Positions 9,875 to 19,152 of a DNA stretch of 64,000 bases are shown one piece after another. Numbering within the stretch: the first letter of the stretch is position 1; every line of letters begins with the position of its first letter. This DNA is from an uncultured Methylomirabilota bacterium. GTDB taxonomy: Bacteria; Methylomirabilota; Methylomirabilia; Methylomirabilales; 2-02-FULL-66-22. Where the stretch lies: assembly GCA_963845565.1 (NCBI GenBank), contig CAWJSJ010000001.1, forward strand, positions 160,001 to 224,000, given 5' to 3'. The notes under the pieces are model-generated. The model did no database searches. It had not been told where the DNA came from and saw nothing but the letters and a program-made list of their open reading frames with translations. Position numbers and translations under genes: made by a program.

Positions 9875-10876
9875 ATGAAGTGGCCAAAGACACGAGTGCT
9901 CGCGATCGCGCTGGTGGCTGCGACTTTGGTGACCGGCGGGACGGTCGTCGCGTGGGCGAAGACCGAGTTTCGGCTGTCGAATCAGCTTCCCCCGTCCCAC
10001 CACATCTCCAAGGGGCTGGTCCTCTTCGCCGCGAAGGTGAAGGAGTATTCAAAGGGGGCCGTCGAGGTCAAGATCTTCGACTCGGCGCAGCTCTTCAAGG
10101 ACACGGAGATCGTGGAGGGACTCCAGGAGGGGCTGATCGAGTCCGGGCTCGTGCCGGTGAACAAGTGGTCGGGGATGATCCCGGCCGCGGATGTCTTCGA
10201 GATGCCCTTCGTCTTCAAGGACCTCACCTCGATCAAGAAATTCATCGACGCCGGTGCCGGCGAACTGCTCGACAAGGAGTTCGAGAAGAAGGCGGTCAAG
10301 AACCTGTTCTGGGTCGACTACGGGTACATCCAATTCTTCAACAACAAGCGGCCGCTCACGAAGCCGGACGATTTCAAGGGGCTGACGATGCGCTCCTTCA
10401 GCAGCGGCGATGCAGACACCCTCAAGGCGCTGGGCGCGGCCCCCACGGTGATGAGTTCCTCGGAGATGTACATGGCCCTGCAGCGCGGCACGGTTGACGG
10501 CGCGACGACCGGCATGCCGGCCGCCGTGTCCCGGAAGATCCAGGAAGTGCAGAAGTTCATGACCGAGGCCAACTACACGACGGCGCAGTTCGCCGTCCAG
10601 GCGAGCCTGAAATGGTGGCAGAAGCTACCCCAGGACCAGCGGGACGCCGTCCTCAAGGCGGGGAAGGATGCCGAGGAGTGGATCCGCGGAGCCATCGCCC
10701 AATCCGAGGACGAGGCCGAGAAGGTGATCCGCAAGGCCGGCGTCCAGATTCACCCGTTGGCGCCAGAGGCGCGCCCGCTCTTCATCAAGGCCACCGAGCC
10801 GGTGCGGCAGGCCTTCGCCAGCAAGACCGGCGAGTTGGCCAAGAAGCTCATGGAGATCGCGCTGGGCCTCAAGTAG
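9875..10876 (+). CDS. dctP: TRAP transporter substrate-binding protein DctP
   Basis: Signal peptide; PDDFKGLTMR, LGAAPTVMSSSEMYMALQRGTVDG; GGAGG RBS; upstream TTGACA at 9765. Confidence 0.92.
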   Translation: MKWPKTRVLAIALVAATLVTGGTVVAWAKTEFRLSNQLPPSHHISKGLVLFAAKVKEYSKGAVEVKIFDSAQLFKDTEIVEGLQEGLIESGLVPVNKWSGMIPAADVFEMPFVFKDLTSIKKFIDAGAGELLDKEFEKKAVKNLFWVDYGYIQFFNNKRPLTKPDDFKGLTMRSFSSGDADTLKALGAAPTVMSSSEMYMALQRGTVDGATTGMPAAVSRKIQEVQKFMTEANYTTAQFAVQASLKWWQKLPQDQRDAVLKAGKDAEEWIRGAIAQSEDEAEKVIRKAGVQIHPLAPEARPLFIKATEPVRQAFASKTGELAKKLMEIALGLK

Positions 10877-10948
10877 CCGGGCGGAAAACGCGGGCGGCCC
10901 GGCGTCTTCCTGGCCGCCCGCCGTGCCCATCGAAACAAGGGGGCTTCT

Positions 10949-11467
10949 ATGCTTGGGCAGCTTCGGGCAGTCGTCGAGCGCTGCAATCTCGCCCTGGGCA
11001 TGGTCAGCGGGCTGGGCATCCTCGCCATGGGGCTCATCCTCACCTACGAGGTGGTGTGCCGATATTTCTTCGGCTCCCCGACGATCTGGGCCCAAGAGGT
11101 CGCGATCTATCTGTACATGTGGACCATGCTGGCGGCCGCGTCGTACACCCTGCAGACGCGCAAGCACGTCCACGTCGACCTGGTGACCGAACGCCTGTCG
11201 CCCCGGGCGCGGATGCTGGCGGAGGCGGCGACCAGTGCGGTGGGAGGACTCTTCTGCGCCATCGTCTCGCTGCAGGCGTATGAGATGATTGCCGCCACGG
11301 TGCGCTTCGGCAAGCTGTCGGCCACGCCCCTCCGGGTGCCGCTGTGGATCCCGCAGTCGGCGCTCCTGATGGGGTTCGTGCTGCTGACGTTCCAGTTCGC
11401 CCTGCTCATGGTGGATCGGGTGGCCGAGCTTGCGGCCCACGGCGAGAACGGAGGTGCCTCCGCATGA
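10949..11467 (+). CDS. dctQ: TRAP transporter small permease DctQ
   Basis: Four hydrophobic segments, VVCRYFFGSPTIWAQE, HVHVDL; lies between dctP and dctM. Confidence 0.9.
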   Translation: MLGQLRAVVERCNLALGMVSGLGILAMGLILTYEVVCRYFFGSPTIWAQEVAIYLYMWTMLAAASYTLQTRKHVHVDLVTERLSPRARMLAEAATSAVGGLFCAIVSLQAYEMIAATVRFGKLSATPLRVPLWIPQSALLMGFVLLTFQFALLMVDRVAELAAHGENGGASA

Positions 11468-12744
11468 TCAGCTTCGGCTTTGTCAGCCTCCTGCTGCTGG
11501 TCGTCCTCTTTGCCGGATTGCCGGTGGCGTTCTCGCTGGGGACGACGTCCGTCCTCCTGGTCTTCCTCTACGAACTGCCGATGAAGATCATCGCCAACTC
11601 CGTCTTCACGTCGCTGGACAGCTTTGTCGTCATCGCGATCCCGCTCTATGTATTGATGAGCCGGGTCCTGCTCGACGGGAAAGTCGGCGACGACCTCTTC
11701 GAGGTGATGAATGCCTGGGTCCGGCACCTGCCGGGGGGGCTGGCCATCGCCACCATCCTGGCCTGCGCCTTCTTCGCGGCGATCAGCGGCTCGGGGGCGG
11801 CCACCGCGGCGACGATCGGCATGGTGGCCTACCCGGCGATGATCGGGCGGGGATACAACAAGCAGTTCATCCTAGGGCTGCTGGCCTGCGGGGGAACGCT
11901 CGGCATCCTCATCCCGCCCAGCATTCCCCTCATCATCTTCGGCGCGGTGACCGAGGTGTCCATCGGGAAGCTCTTCATCGCGGGCGTCATCCCCGGTCTG
12001 GTGCTGACATCGATCCTGATCGCCTATGCCGTCTACCGGAGCAAGCGCGGCGGATACCTGCCCATGGAGCCGGCCTCGTGGTCGGAACGGCTGCGGGTCA
12101 CCCGCCGGAACCTCTGGGGCATCGCCCTCCCCTTCCTGATCCTCGGCGGCATCTACACCGGGGCCTTCACGCCGACGGAAGCGGCGGCGGTCGGGTTGAC
12201 CTACAGCCTCTTCATCACCCTGGTCGTCTATCGCACGCTGAGGCTGCGCGACATCCCCGGCGTCTGCCTCCAAGCCGTGGGCACGTCGTGCATGATCGCG
12301 CTGATCATCGCCGGGGCCCTCCTGTTCGGTCGGGTGATGACGCTGATCGAGATCCCCCAGCAGCTCACGGCGCTCATCATCGAATGGAAACTGTCCGCCT
12401 TGATGTTCGTCGTGGCGATGAACATCCTGATGCTGTTCCTGGGATGCATCCTGGAGACCGTCTCGATCATCCTGCTCACCATGCCGCTGGTGGCCCCCAT
12501 CCTGGAGGCGCTCAAGATCGACCCCATCTGGTATGCCATCGTCCTCACGGTCAACATGGAGATGGCGCTGGTCACGCCCCCCGTGGGGATGAACCTGTAC
12601 GTCATCAACGGCCTGGACAAGGACATCCACATGGCCGAGGTCATCCGGGGGGTCACCCCGTTCATCGTCCTGATGGGCCTGTTTCTCATTTTCACGATGC
12701 TCTTCCCCCTCATGAGCACCTGGTTGCCGTCGATGATGAAGTAG
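11464..12744 (+). CDS. dctM: TRAP transporter large permease DctM
   Basis: GLPVAFSLG, FAAISGS, GTLGILIPPSIP, GAFTPTEAAA, TPPVGMNL; ATGA overlap with dctQ. Confidence 0.93.
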   Translation: MISFGFVSLLLLVVLFAGLPVAFSLGTTSVLLVFLYELPMKIIANSVFTSLDSFVVIAIPLYVLMSRVLLDGKVGDDLFEVMNAWVRHLPGGLAIATILACAFFAAISGSGAATAATIGMVAYPAMIGRGYNKQFILGLLACGGTLGILIPPSIPLIIFGAVTEVSIGKLFIAGVIPGLVLTSILIAYAVYRSKRGGYLPMEPASWSERLRVTRRNLWGIALPFLILGGIYTGAFTPTEAAAVGLTYSLFITLVVYRTLRLRDIPGVCLQAVGTSCMIALIIAGALLFGRVMTLIEIPQQLTALIIEWKLSALMFVVAMNILMLFLGCILETVSIILLTMPLVAPILEALKIDPIWYAIVLTVNMEMALVTPPVGMNLYVINGLDKDIHMAEVIRGVTPFIVLMGLFLIFTMLFPLMSTWLPSMMK

Positions 12745-12820
12745 GGGGCGGAGCGTTCTCGGGCTGTCCGCCTGGCGGCCGCCGGGCGCATTTCCGTCGC
12801 CGCGCGGCAGGGGAGATACG

Positions 12821-13738
12821 ATGGCGAAGCAGACGAAGGCCCTCCGGGCGCTGCTCAAGCGACCCGGACTGATCATCGCCCCCGGGGTGTACGACGCCCT
12901 TTCGGCCCGGATCTGCGAGATGGTCGGGTTCGAGGCGGTGTCGCACTCGGGCTACGGGACGGCGGCGGCGACGCTGGGCCAACCGGACATCGGCCTCCTG
13001 GATATGACGGAGATGGTCCGACAGGTGGGTTCGGTGGCCAACGCGGTGGAGATCCCCGTGCTTGGGGATGCCGACACCGGCTTCGGGAATGCCATCAATG
13101 CGCACCGGACCGTGCAGGAGTACATTCGGGCAGGGGCCGCCGGTCTGTTCATCGAGGACCAAGTGCTGCCCAAGCGATGCGGCCACATGCGGGGCAAGCA
13201 GGTCATCTCGAAGCCGGAGATGCTAGGGAAGCTCAGGGCGGCCATGGACGCCCGCGACGGGGCCGATCCCGACTTCGTGATCATGTGCCGGATCGATGCG
13301 ATCGCGGTGAACGGTTTCGAGGATGCCCTGGACCGAGCCAAGGCGGCTGTGGATCTCGGCGTTGACATGATCTTCGTGGAAGCCCTGGAGACGCGGGACC
13401 AGATGGAGCGGGTGGGGCGCGAGATCGCGGTTCCCCTGATGCTCAACCTCATCGAGGGCGGCCGGACGCCGCTGGTGACGTACCGGGACGCCGAGGAGTT
13501 GGGATTCAAGTATGTCGCGCCCGCACTCACCGCCCTGTCCGCGGCAGCCAAGGGCATGTACGAGGTGATGCAGCGCGTTCGCGAGGAAGGGGTATCCAAC
13601 GCCTACCTTGATCGCCTCTTCACCTTCCAGGAGTTCGCTCGGGTCGTGCACCTCGACCGCTTCCGCGAGATGGAGGAGCGGTATCTCCCCTCGGACCTGC
13701 TGGAGGAGCGGTACAAGGGGGAGCGAACCATCGTCTGA
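12821..13738 (+). CDS. Isocitrate lyase/PEP mutase family C-C lyase (2-methylisocitrate or 2,3-dimethylmalate lyase-like)
   Basis: PGVYDALSA, DADTGFG, IEDQVLPKRCGH catalytic loop. Confidence 0.9.
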   Translation: MAKQTKALRALLKRPGLIIAPGVYDALSARICEMVGFEAVSHSGYGTAAATLGQPDIGLLDMTEMVRQVGSVANAVEIPVLGDADTGFGNAINAHRTVQEYIRAGAAGLFIEDQVLPKRCGHMRGKQVISKPEMLGKLRAAMDARDGADPDFVIMCRIDAIAVNGFEDALDRAKAAVDLGVDMIFVEALETRDQMERVGREIAVPLMLNLIEGGRTPLVTYRDAEELGFKYVAPALTALSAAAKGMYEVMQRVREEGVSNAYLDRLFTFQEFARVVHLDRFREMEERYLPSDLLEERYKGERTIV

Positions 13739-13819
13739 CAGCCCCCCGCGGCGGACGGCGACCCGGGCGGCTCCGCCGGTCCGTCCGGCGGACGACCCCC
13801 TCCCGCAAGCGTTCTGGGC

Positions 13820-13848
13820 TTGATTTCTCCGCAGAGACAGCCTAGACT
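13820..13848 (+). promoter_or_regulatory. Sigma70-type promoter positioned for a leaderless RND transcript
   Basis: TTGATT (13820)-17-TAGACT (13843), ATG 6 nt later, no Shine-Dalgarno. Confidence 0.5.
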
Positions 13849-13854
13849 TCGCCC

Positions 13855-16800
13855 ATGTTTTTGGCCGACTTGTGTGTCAAGCGACCCGTGTTCGCCACCA
13901 TGCTCATCATGGCGCTGGTGGTGGTGGGCCTGTTCTCCTACGAGCGCCTGGGCTTGGACCTTCTCCCGAAGATCGATCGCCCCACCATCACCATCACCAC
14001 GAAACTTTCCGGCGCCAGCCCCGAGGAGATGGAGACGCAGGTCACCAAGCTCGTCGAGGAGGCGGTGAACACCATCAGCGGGTTGGAGGAGCTGCGCTCC
14101 AGCACCACCGAGGGGAACTCCCGCGTCACGGCGGTGTTCGCCCTGGAGCGGGACTCCGACTCCGCGGCCCAGGACGTCCGGGACAAGATTTCCACCATCC
14201 TGGGCAAATTCCCCAAGGACACCGATCCCCCCATCGTGGAGAAGTTCGATCCCGACTCGGCCCCGATCCTGGCCATCGTCGTCTCCGCCCGCCGGGATCA
14301 GCGCGAGATCACCGAGTTCGTGGACAAGCGGATCAAGCAGCCCCTCGAGACGATCAGCGGCGTGGGGAGCATCACCTTCGTCGGTGACCGCAAGCGGGAG
14401 ATCCAGATCGTCCTCGACCCGCGCAAGCTGGCCGCCTACGGCGTCGGCATCGATCAGGCCAAGACCGAGCTGGCCCGACAGAACCTGGAGATTCCCGGCG
14501 GCCGCGTGACCTACGGCGACAGCGAGAAGGTCCTGCGCACGATGGCGCGGGTCCAGACCGCCGAAGACTTCGGCGCGATCATCGTGGCCGTCAAGAGCGG
14601 CGGGTCGCCCATCCGGATCCGGGACGTCGGGATGGTCACGGATGGGACCGAAGAGCCGCGCACGATCTCGCGGTTGAACGGGGACAATGCGGTGTCCCTG
14701 TTGGTGCGGAAGCAGTCCGGGACCAATACGGTCAAGGTGGTGGACCTGGTCAAGGAGCGGCTGGCGGGGATCGCGCAGACGTTGCCGCCGGATTTCAAGA
14801 TCCGCACGGTCCGCGATCAGTCCCGGTTCATCCGCCGATCGTTCGAAGAAGTGCAGACCCACATGGTGCTGGGAGGATTCCTGGCCGCCCTGGTCGTGCT
14901 CTTCTTCATTCGAAATCTCCGCTCCGCCATCATCGCCGCCATTTCCATCCCCACCTCGATCATTGCTACCTTCACCATCATGCGGGCGCTGGATTTCACG
15001 TTGAATAACATGACGATGCTGGCGCTCAGCCTGTCCACCGGGATCGTGATCGACGACGCGCTGGTCGTTCTGGAGAACATCTACCGCTACATCGAAGAAG
15101 AGGGACGCACGCCGATGGAGGCGGCCGTCGAAGCCACCCGCGAGATTGGCCTGGCCGTGATGGCCACGACACTGTCGCTGGTCGTGATCTTCGTGCCGGT
15201 GGCGTTCATGCAGGGCCGCATCGGGAGACTCTTCTTCAGCTTCGGGATCACCGCGGCCTCGGCGGTTCTGGTGTCGCTGCTGGTGGCGTTTACGCTCACC
15301 CCGATGCTCTGCTCCCGGTTCCTCAAGGCGCCCGAAGGAAACGGCGAGGGGCATTCCTCCAAGGAATCCCGGGTCTTCAAGCTGATCGAGCGGACCTATG
15401 ATGTCTTGCTGCGCTGGTCCCTCTCGCACCGCCCGATCGTGTTGGGACTGGTGGTGCTCACCGCGGCGTCCACGTTCTGGGTCTACCGCTACATCGGGGA
15501 AGAAAGCTTCGTGGACGACGACCAGAGCGAGTTCGAGGTCTTCCTGCAGACTCCCGAGGGCTCGTCGCTGGAGCGCACCGATCGAATCCTCCTCGATGTG
15601 GAGGCCGCGCTCAAGCCGCTGAAGGGTGTCGAGGTGCTCTTTACCACGGTGGGGACCGGCGAGCGGGGCACGGTGGCCGATGCCAGCGTGTATGTCGGGC
15701 TCACGCCGTTGCGCGAGGGGACCGAGTTTGAACGCATTCTGCAGCACCTCGGCATTCGCACGCTTCTGGGGCTGGAACCGCTTCGGGAGCGCGATTTCAC
15801 GCAGAATGACGTCATGCGCGAGGCGCGTCGGGTCATGGCGCGTTTCCCCGAACTGACGGTGAGTGTGCAGAACCTGTTCGCGTCCGGCCAGACGGGCGCC
15901 CGGCGCCAGCCGTTCCAATTGGTGCTCCGCGGGCCGGATATCGAGGGTCTCGACCGGTATTCCCAGGCGCTGGCCGCCGCCGCACGGACGATTCCCGGCA
16001 TGCTCGACGTGGACACGACCCTGTCCCGCCGCACCCCCGAGATCCGGGTGCATATCGATCGAGATAAGGCAGCGGATTTGGGCGTCGGGGTAGACACCAT
16101 CGCGGCGAGCCTCCGGACCATGGTGGGCGGCGAAGAGGTGACCAAGTTCCGGGAGGGGGACGATCAGTACCCGGTCCGACTCCGGCTGCAAGAGGACTTC
16201 CGCAAGAACGCCGAGGCCATCAGCCAGGTGTACATCGGCGGCGGCAGGCGGGGCCTGGTCTCCCTCAACAACTTGGTGCGTGTGAGCGAGGAGAAGGGGC
16301 CGAACCAGATCGATCGCCTAGACCGCGAGCGTCAGGTCGCCGTCGTCGCCAATCTGGACTCAACGCTGCCCATTGGCGACGCGGTGAGGGCCATGGCCCC
16401 GAAACTGACGGCCGCGAAACTCCCGCCCGGGTACACCACCAAGTACCTCGGACGCGCGCAGATCCTGGCGGAGGCGCGGGCGAACTTCCTGATCGCGCTG
16501 GGGCTGAGCTTGATCTTTATTTACATGGTGCTGGCGGCGCAGTTCGAGAGCTTCATCCACCCCTTTACGATCATGGCGTCGCTTCCGGTCGCACTGCCCT
16601 TCGGTCTGTTGTCGCTGGTGGTGACCGGGTTCACCATGAACATCTTCAGCGCCATCGGTGTGCTGATGTTGTTCGGCGTGGTTAAGAAGAACGCAATCCT
16701 GCAGGTGGATTACACGAACGTCCTTCGCGAGCGGGGTCTGACCCGCTACGAGGCCGTTCTGAAGGCGGACCACGCGCGACTTCGCCCCATCCTCATGACG

Positions 16801-17103
16801 ACCATCTCCATCATCGCGGGGATGCTCCCCATCGCTCTGGGCAAGGGGGATGGCTCGGCGTCGCGAGCCGCCATGGCCACGGTCGTCGTCGGGGGCCAGA
16901 CCCTCTGCTTGCTCCTCACGCTGCTCGTCACGCCGGTGGTCTATACCTATTTCGACGACCTCGGCTCCCTCCGCTTCGGGAAACTCGCGAAGCTACCCGA
17001 CTGGTTCTGGGAGCGACTCCGGTGGTCTCCCTCGCGACTTCCACGTCCTGCCGCCAAGGCGCCCGTCGGCCAGTCGGCCGAGCCCACCGCGGCGGCGGAC
17101 TGA
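13855..17103 (+). CDS. RND efflux permease (AcrB/AcrD/AcrF family)
   Basis: 1082 aa; KRPVFA, GASPEEMETQVT, GIVIDDALVVLENI, LAAQFES, VKKNAILQVD, RLRPILMTT. Confidence 0.95.
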   Translation: MFLADLCVKRPVFATMLIMALVVVGLFSYERLGLDLLPKIDRPTITITTKLSGASPEEMETQVTKLVEEAVNTISGLEELRSSTTEGNSRVTAVFALERDSDSAAQDVRDKISTILGKFPKDTDPPIVEKFDPDSAPILAIVVSARRDQREITEFVDKRIKQPLETISGVGSITFVGDRKREIQIVLDPRKLAAYGVGIDQAKTELARQNLEIPGGRVTYGDSEKVLRTMARVQTAEDFGAIIVAVKSGGSPIRIRDVGMVTDGTEEPRTISRLNGDNAVSLLVRKQSGTNTVKVVDLVKERLAGIAQTLPPDFKIRTVRDQSRFIRRSFEEVQTHMVLGGFLAALVVLFFIRNLRSAIIAAISIPTSIIATFTIMRALDFTLNNMTMLALSLSTGIVIDDALVVLENIYRYIEEEGRTPMEAAVEATREIGLAVMATTLSLVVIFVPVAFMQGRIGRLFFSFGITAASAVLVSLLVAFTLTPMLCSRFLKAPEGNGEGHSSKESRVFKLIERTYDVLLRWSLSHRPIVLGLVVLTAASTFWVYRYIGEESFVDDDQSEFEVFLQTPEGSSLERTDRILLDVEAALKPLKGVEVLFTTVGTGERGTVADASVYVGLTPLREGTEFERILQHLGIRTLLGLEPLRERDFTQNDVMREARRVMARFPELTVSVQNLFASGQTGARRQPFQLVLRGPDIEGLDRYSQALAAAARTIPGMLDVDTTLSRRTPEIRVHIDRDKAADLGVGVDTIAASLRTMVGGEEVTKFREGDDQYPVRLRLQEDFRKNAEAISQVYIGGGRRGLVSLNNLVRVSEEKGPNQIDRLDRERQVAVVANLDSTLPIGDAVRAMAPKLTAAKLPPGYTTKYLGRAQILAEARANFLIALGLSLIFIYMVLAAQFESFIHPFTIMASLPVALPFGLLSLVVTGFTMNIFSAIGVLMLFGVVKKNAILQVDYTNVLRERGLTRYEAVLKADHARLRPILMTTISIIAGMLPIALGKGDGSASRAAMATVVVGGQTLCLLLTLLVTPVVYTYFDDLGSLRFGKLAKLPDWFWERLRWSPSRLPRPAAKAPVGQSAEPTAAAD

Positions 17104-17258
17104 TTCGTCTCGGCGTGGTAGGGTAGGCACGGCGTTCGGGGACGGTTCGCTGCAGTCGGGGATCTCTCCGGACGTCCGGCGACGCCTCGCGCAACGGTCG
17201 GCGGCCTCAAGTGTGGCCTGTACCGTACCGGAGACTTGCGTCTCCAGGAGGGACCACG

Positions 17259-17561
17259 ATGAAGCTCGTCTTGATCGTTTTCAATTTCATCTACGACGAC
17301 TCCGTGCGGGCCATCATCGAGCGACTCAAGATTCCGGGTTTCACCGAGGTACCGCGGGTCTTCGGCACCGGGGAATCGGGGAAACGCTTCGGGACGCATG
17401 CCTTCCCCGGCCACGACACGATGCTGTTCACCGTCCTGCCGGCCGAGATGGTCGGCCCGCTGATGGATCAGGTCGCGGAGTTCAAGGCCGGCCTGACGGA
17501 TCGGGCCAAGCGTCACGGCGGAATCAAGGCCTTCGTCCTGCCCGTGGAACAGATGATCTGA
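17259..17561 (+). CDS. PII-like transporter-associated protein (PG0541-like)
   Basis: 100 aa, GFTEVPRVFGTGESG...GTHAFPG...AFVLPVE; directly after the RND permease; AGGAGG RBS. Confidence 0.7.
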   Translation: MKLVLIVFNFIYDDSVRAIIERLKIPGFTEVPRVFGTGESGKRFGTHAFPGHDTMLFTVLPAEMVGPLMDQVAEFKAGLTDRAKRHGGIKAFVLPVEQMI

Positions 17562-17643
17562 CGAGCGGGGAGCCTGGCGGGGGATCTCGCGCGGTCCGCG
17601 GGACGCCGGCGGGGAGTCGAACGAGGAACCGGGCAGGGGTGTG

Positions 17644-18426
17644 CTAACGGACGATGCGGAACTGGGCGGAGAGCGTCTGCAGCGGGGCGCCGCCGGCGAG
17701 CCGGGGGGTCCACGAGACGGTCAGCAGGTTGCCGCGGGCCGTCGCGTGCTGCAAGTAGAGGAATCCCTGGATGCTGGCGCCGGGAAGCAGCCGGCCTTCC
17801 CGCAAGCCAAGGATCAGCACGTTCTGGGCGCTGAGTTGGGGCCACCGGTACGGGTACGAATAGTACGGATCGGAATACCAGCCCGATCCGTAGGGGCCGT
17901 AGTACGGGCTCCAGAATCGCGGCCAATACGGATACCACGGGCCGGCGACGAGCGTCGGGCGGGGGCCCACGGGCGAGGGCCCGGTTGGGTGCGCGCTGCC
18001 GGACAGGGCACGGGCGACCTCACCGGGCGGGACCGCTCGGTATTGTTGCCTTTCGTCGTCCAAGGCCAAAAAATCTTCGTAGCGGACCTGCACCTCCTCG
18101 CTCAGCAGGTTTTCGATCTGGACCTGGATGGGGGTATAGTACCGTGGCAAGTCGCTGGGAAACGCGGACCAGGTATTCGGGAGGAGAGTGATCCGGACCC
18201 CTGCCTCCGTCAGCGTGACGCCGGGTTGTGCCGGCGCGGCCGCCGGTTCCAGGCGCGGCATCGCGGCGCACGCGCAGAGTACGCTCAGAGCGACCAGCAG
18301 GGCACCCCGGGTCCCACGGTGGAACCGCCCCGTTCGAGGCCGTCGGGACTGGGCGTACGACGGCGTCGGCGTCTTGATTTTTCCGGGAGGCGGGATATAA
18401 TACGACTGCGTGTGCAGGGGGTTCAT
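17644..18426 (-). CDS. Hypothetical lipoprotein with a Pro/Tyr/Trp-rich segment (start uncertain)
   Basis: Hydrophobic stretch ending LSVLCAC; PSDLPRYYTPIQVQIEN; PWYPYWPRFWSPYYGPY; GFLYL. Confidence 0.65.
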   Translation of the reverse strand: MNPLHTQSYYIPPPGKIKTPTPSYAQSRRPRTGRFHRGTRGALLVALSVLCACAAMPRLEPAAAPAQPGVTLTEAGVRITLLPNTWSAFPSDLPRYYTPIQVQIENLLSEEVQVRYEDFLALDDERQQYRAVPPGEVARALSGSAHPTGPSPVGPRPTLVAGPWYPYWPRFWSPYYGPYGSGWYSDPYYSYPYRWPQLSAQNVLILGLREGRLLPGASIQGFLYLQHATARGNLLTVSWTPRLAGGAPLQTLSAQFRIVR

Positions 18427-18491
18427 GGTAACCATGATAGCAGGCTTTCTTGGAATTTCAACGGCGTGAGACCTCACCCAGAGGAGACCAG

Positions 18492-18836
18492 ATGGCCACT
18501 CCACGCGCTGACCTCGAGAAGTTGACCGCCCCCAAGCTCCGCGAGTTCGCCAACGCCACGTATCCGGACATCACGGGTGTCTCCGGGATGAAGAAGGAGG
18601 ATCTGATCGAGGCGATCGTCGCCGAGGAAATCCGACTTGGCCTGCGTCCGAAGCAACAAGAGCGACAGCAGGCTACCTCCGCGATGGGGGCCGGGCAGCT
18701 CAAAACGGCCATCCGCGACCTGAAGGCCTCTCGGAAAGCGGCGGTCGAGCAAAAGAGCAGCGCCGTACTGAAGCTCGCTCGGCTGCAGGTGAAGCGAATG
18801 AAGCGTCGGCTCCGAAAACTACGAGCGGCATCCTGA
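18492..18836 (+). CDS. Small basic protein with a Rho N-terminal-like domain
   Basis: LEKLTAPKLREFA...ITGVSGMKKEDLIEAI; Lys/Arg-rich helical C-terminus; GAGGAG RBS. Confidence 0.7.
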   Translation: MATPRADLEKLTAPKLREFANATYPDITGVSGMKKEDLIEAIVAEEIRLGLRPKQQERQQATSAMGAGQLKTAIRDLKASRKAAVEQKSSAVLKLARLQVKRMKRRLRKLRAAS

Positions 18837-18900
18837 GATTCTCTCCGGCCCCGATCGGTGTCTATCGGGGTCAATCCGCACGGCCTCCAGGAGGGTACCC

Positions 18901-19065
18901 ATGCCGACCTACGATTTGCGCTGCAGCGGCTGCCGAAAGAAGTTCACCCTGACGATGTCGATCTCTGACCGGGAACGGAAACGGATCAAGTGCCCGAAAT
19001 GCGGATCCCAGCGCGTCGAGGCGGTGTTCACGTCCTTCTTCGCCAAGACGTCTCGCAAGAGCTAG
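18901..19065 (+). CDS. FmdB-family zinc-ribbon protein (below the ORF track cutoff)
   Basis: MPTYDLRCSGCRKKF...KCPKCGSQRVE...KS*; AGGAGG RBS. Confidence 0.85.
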   Translation: MPTYDLRCSGCRKKFTLTMSISDRERKRIKCPKCGSQRVEAVFTSFFAKTSRKS

Positions 19066-19152
19066 GACGGTCCGTCCGGCGGCGCGGCGCGACACGTCGC
19101 CCGTTGTCGCCCCACCCGTATTTCTGGCGTACCCTGGCCATCCGATGAGGTC

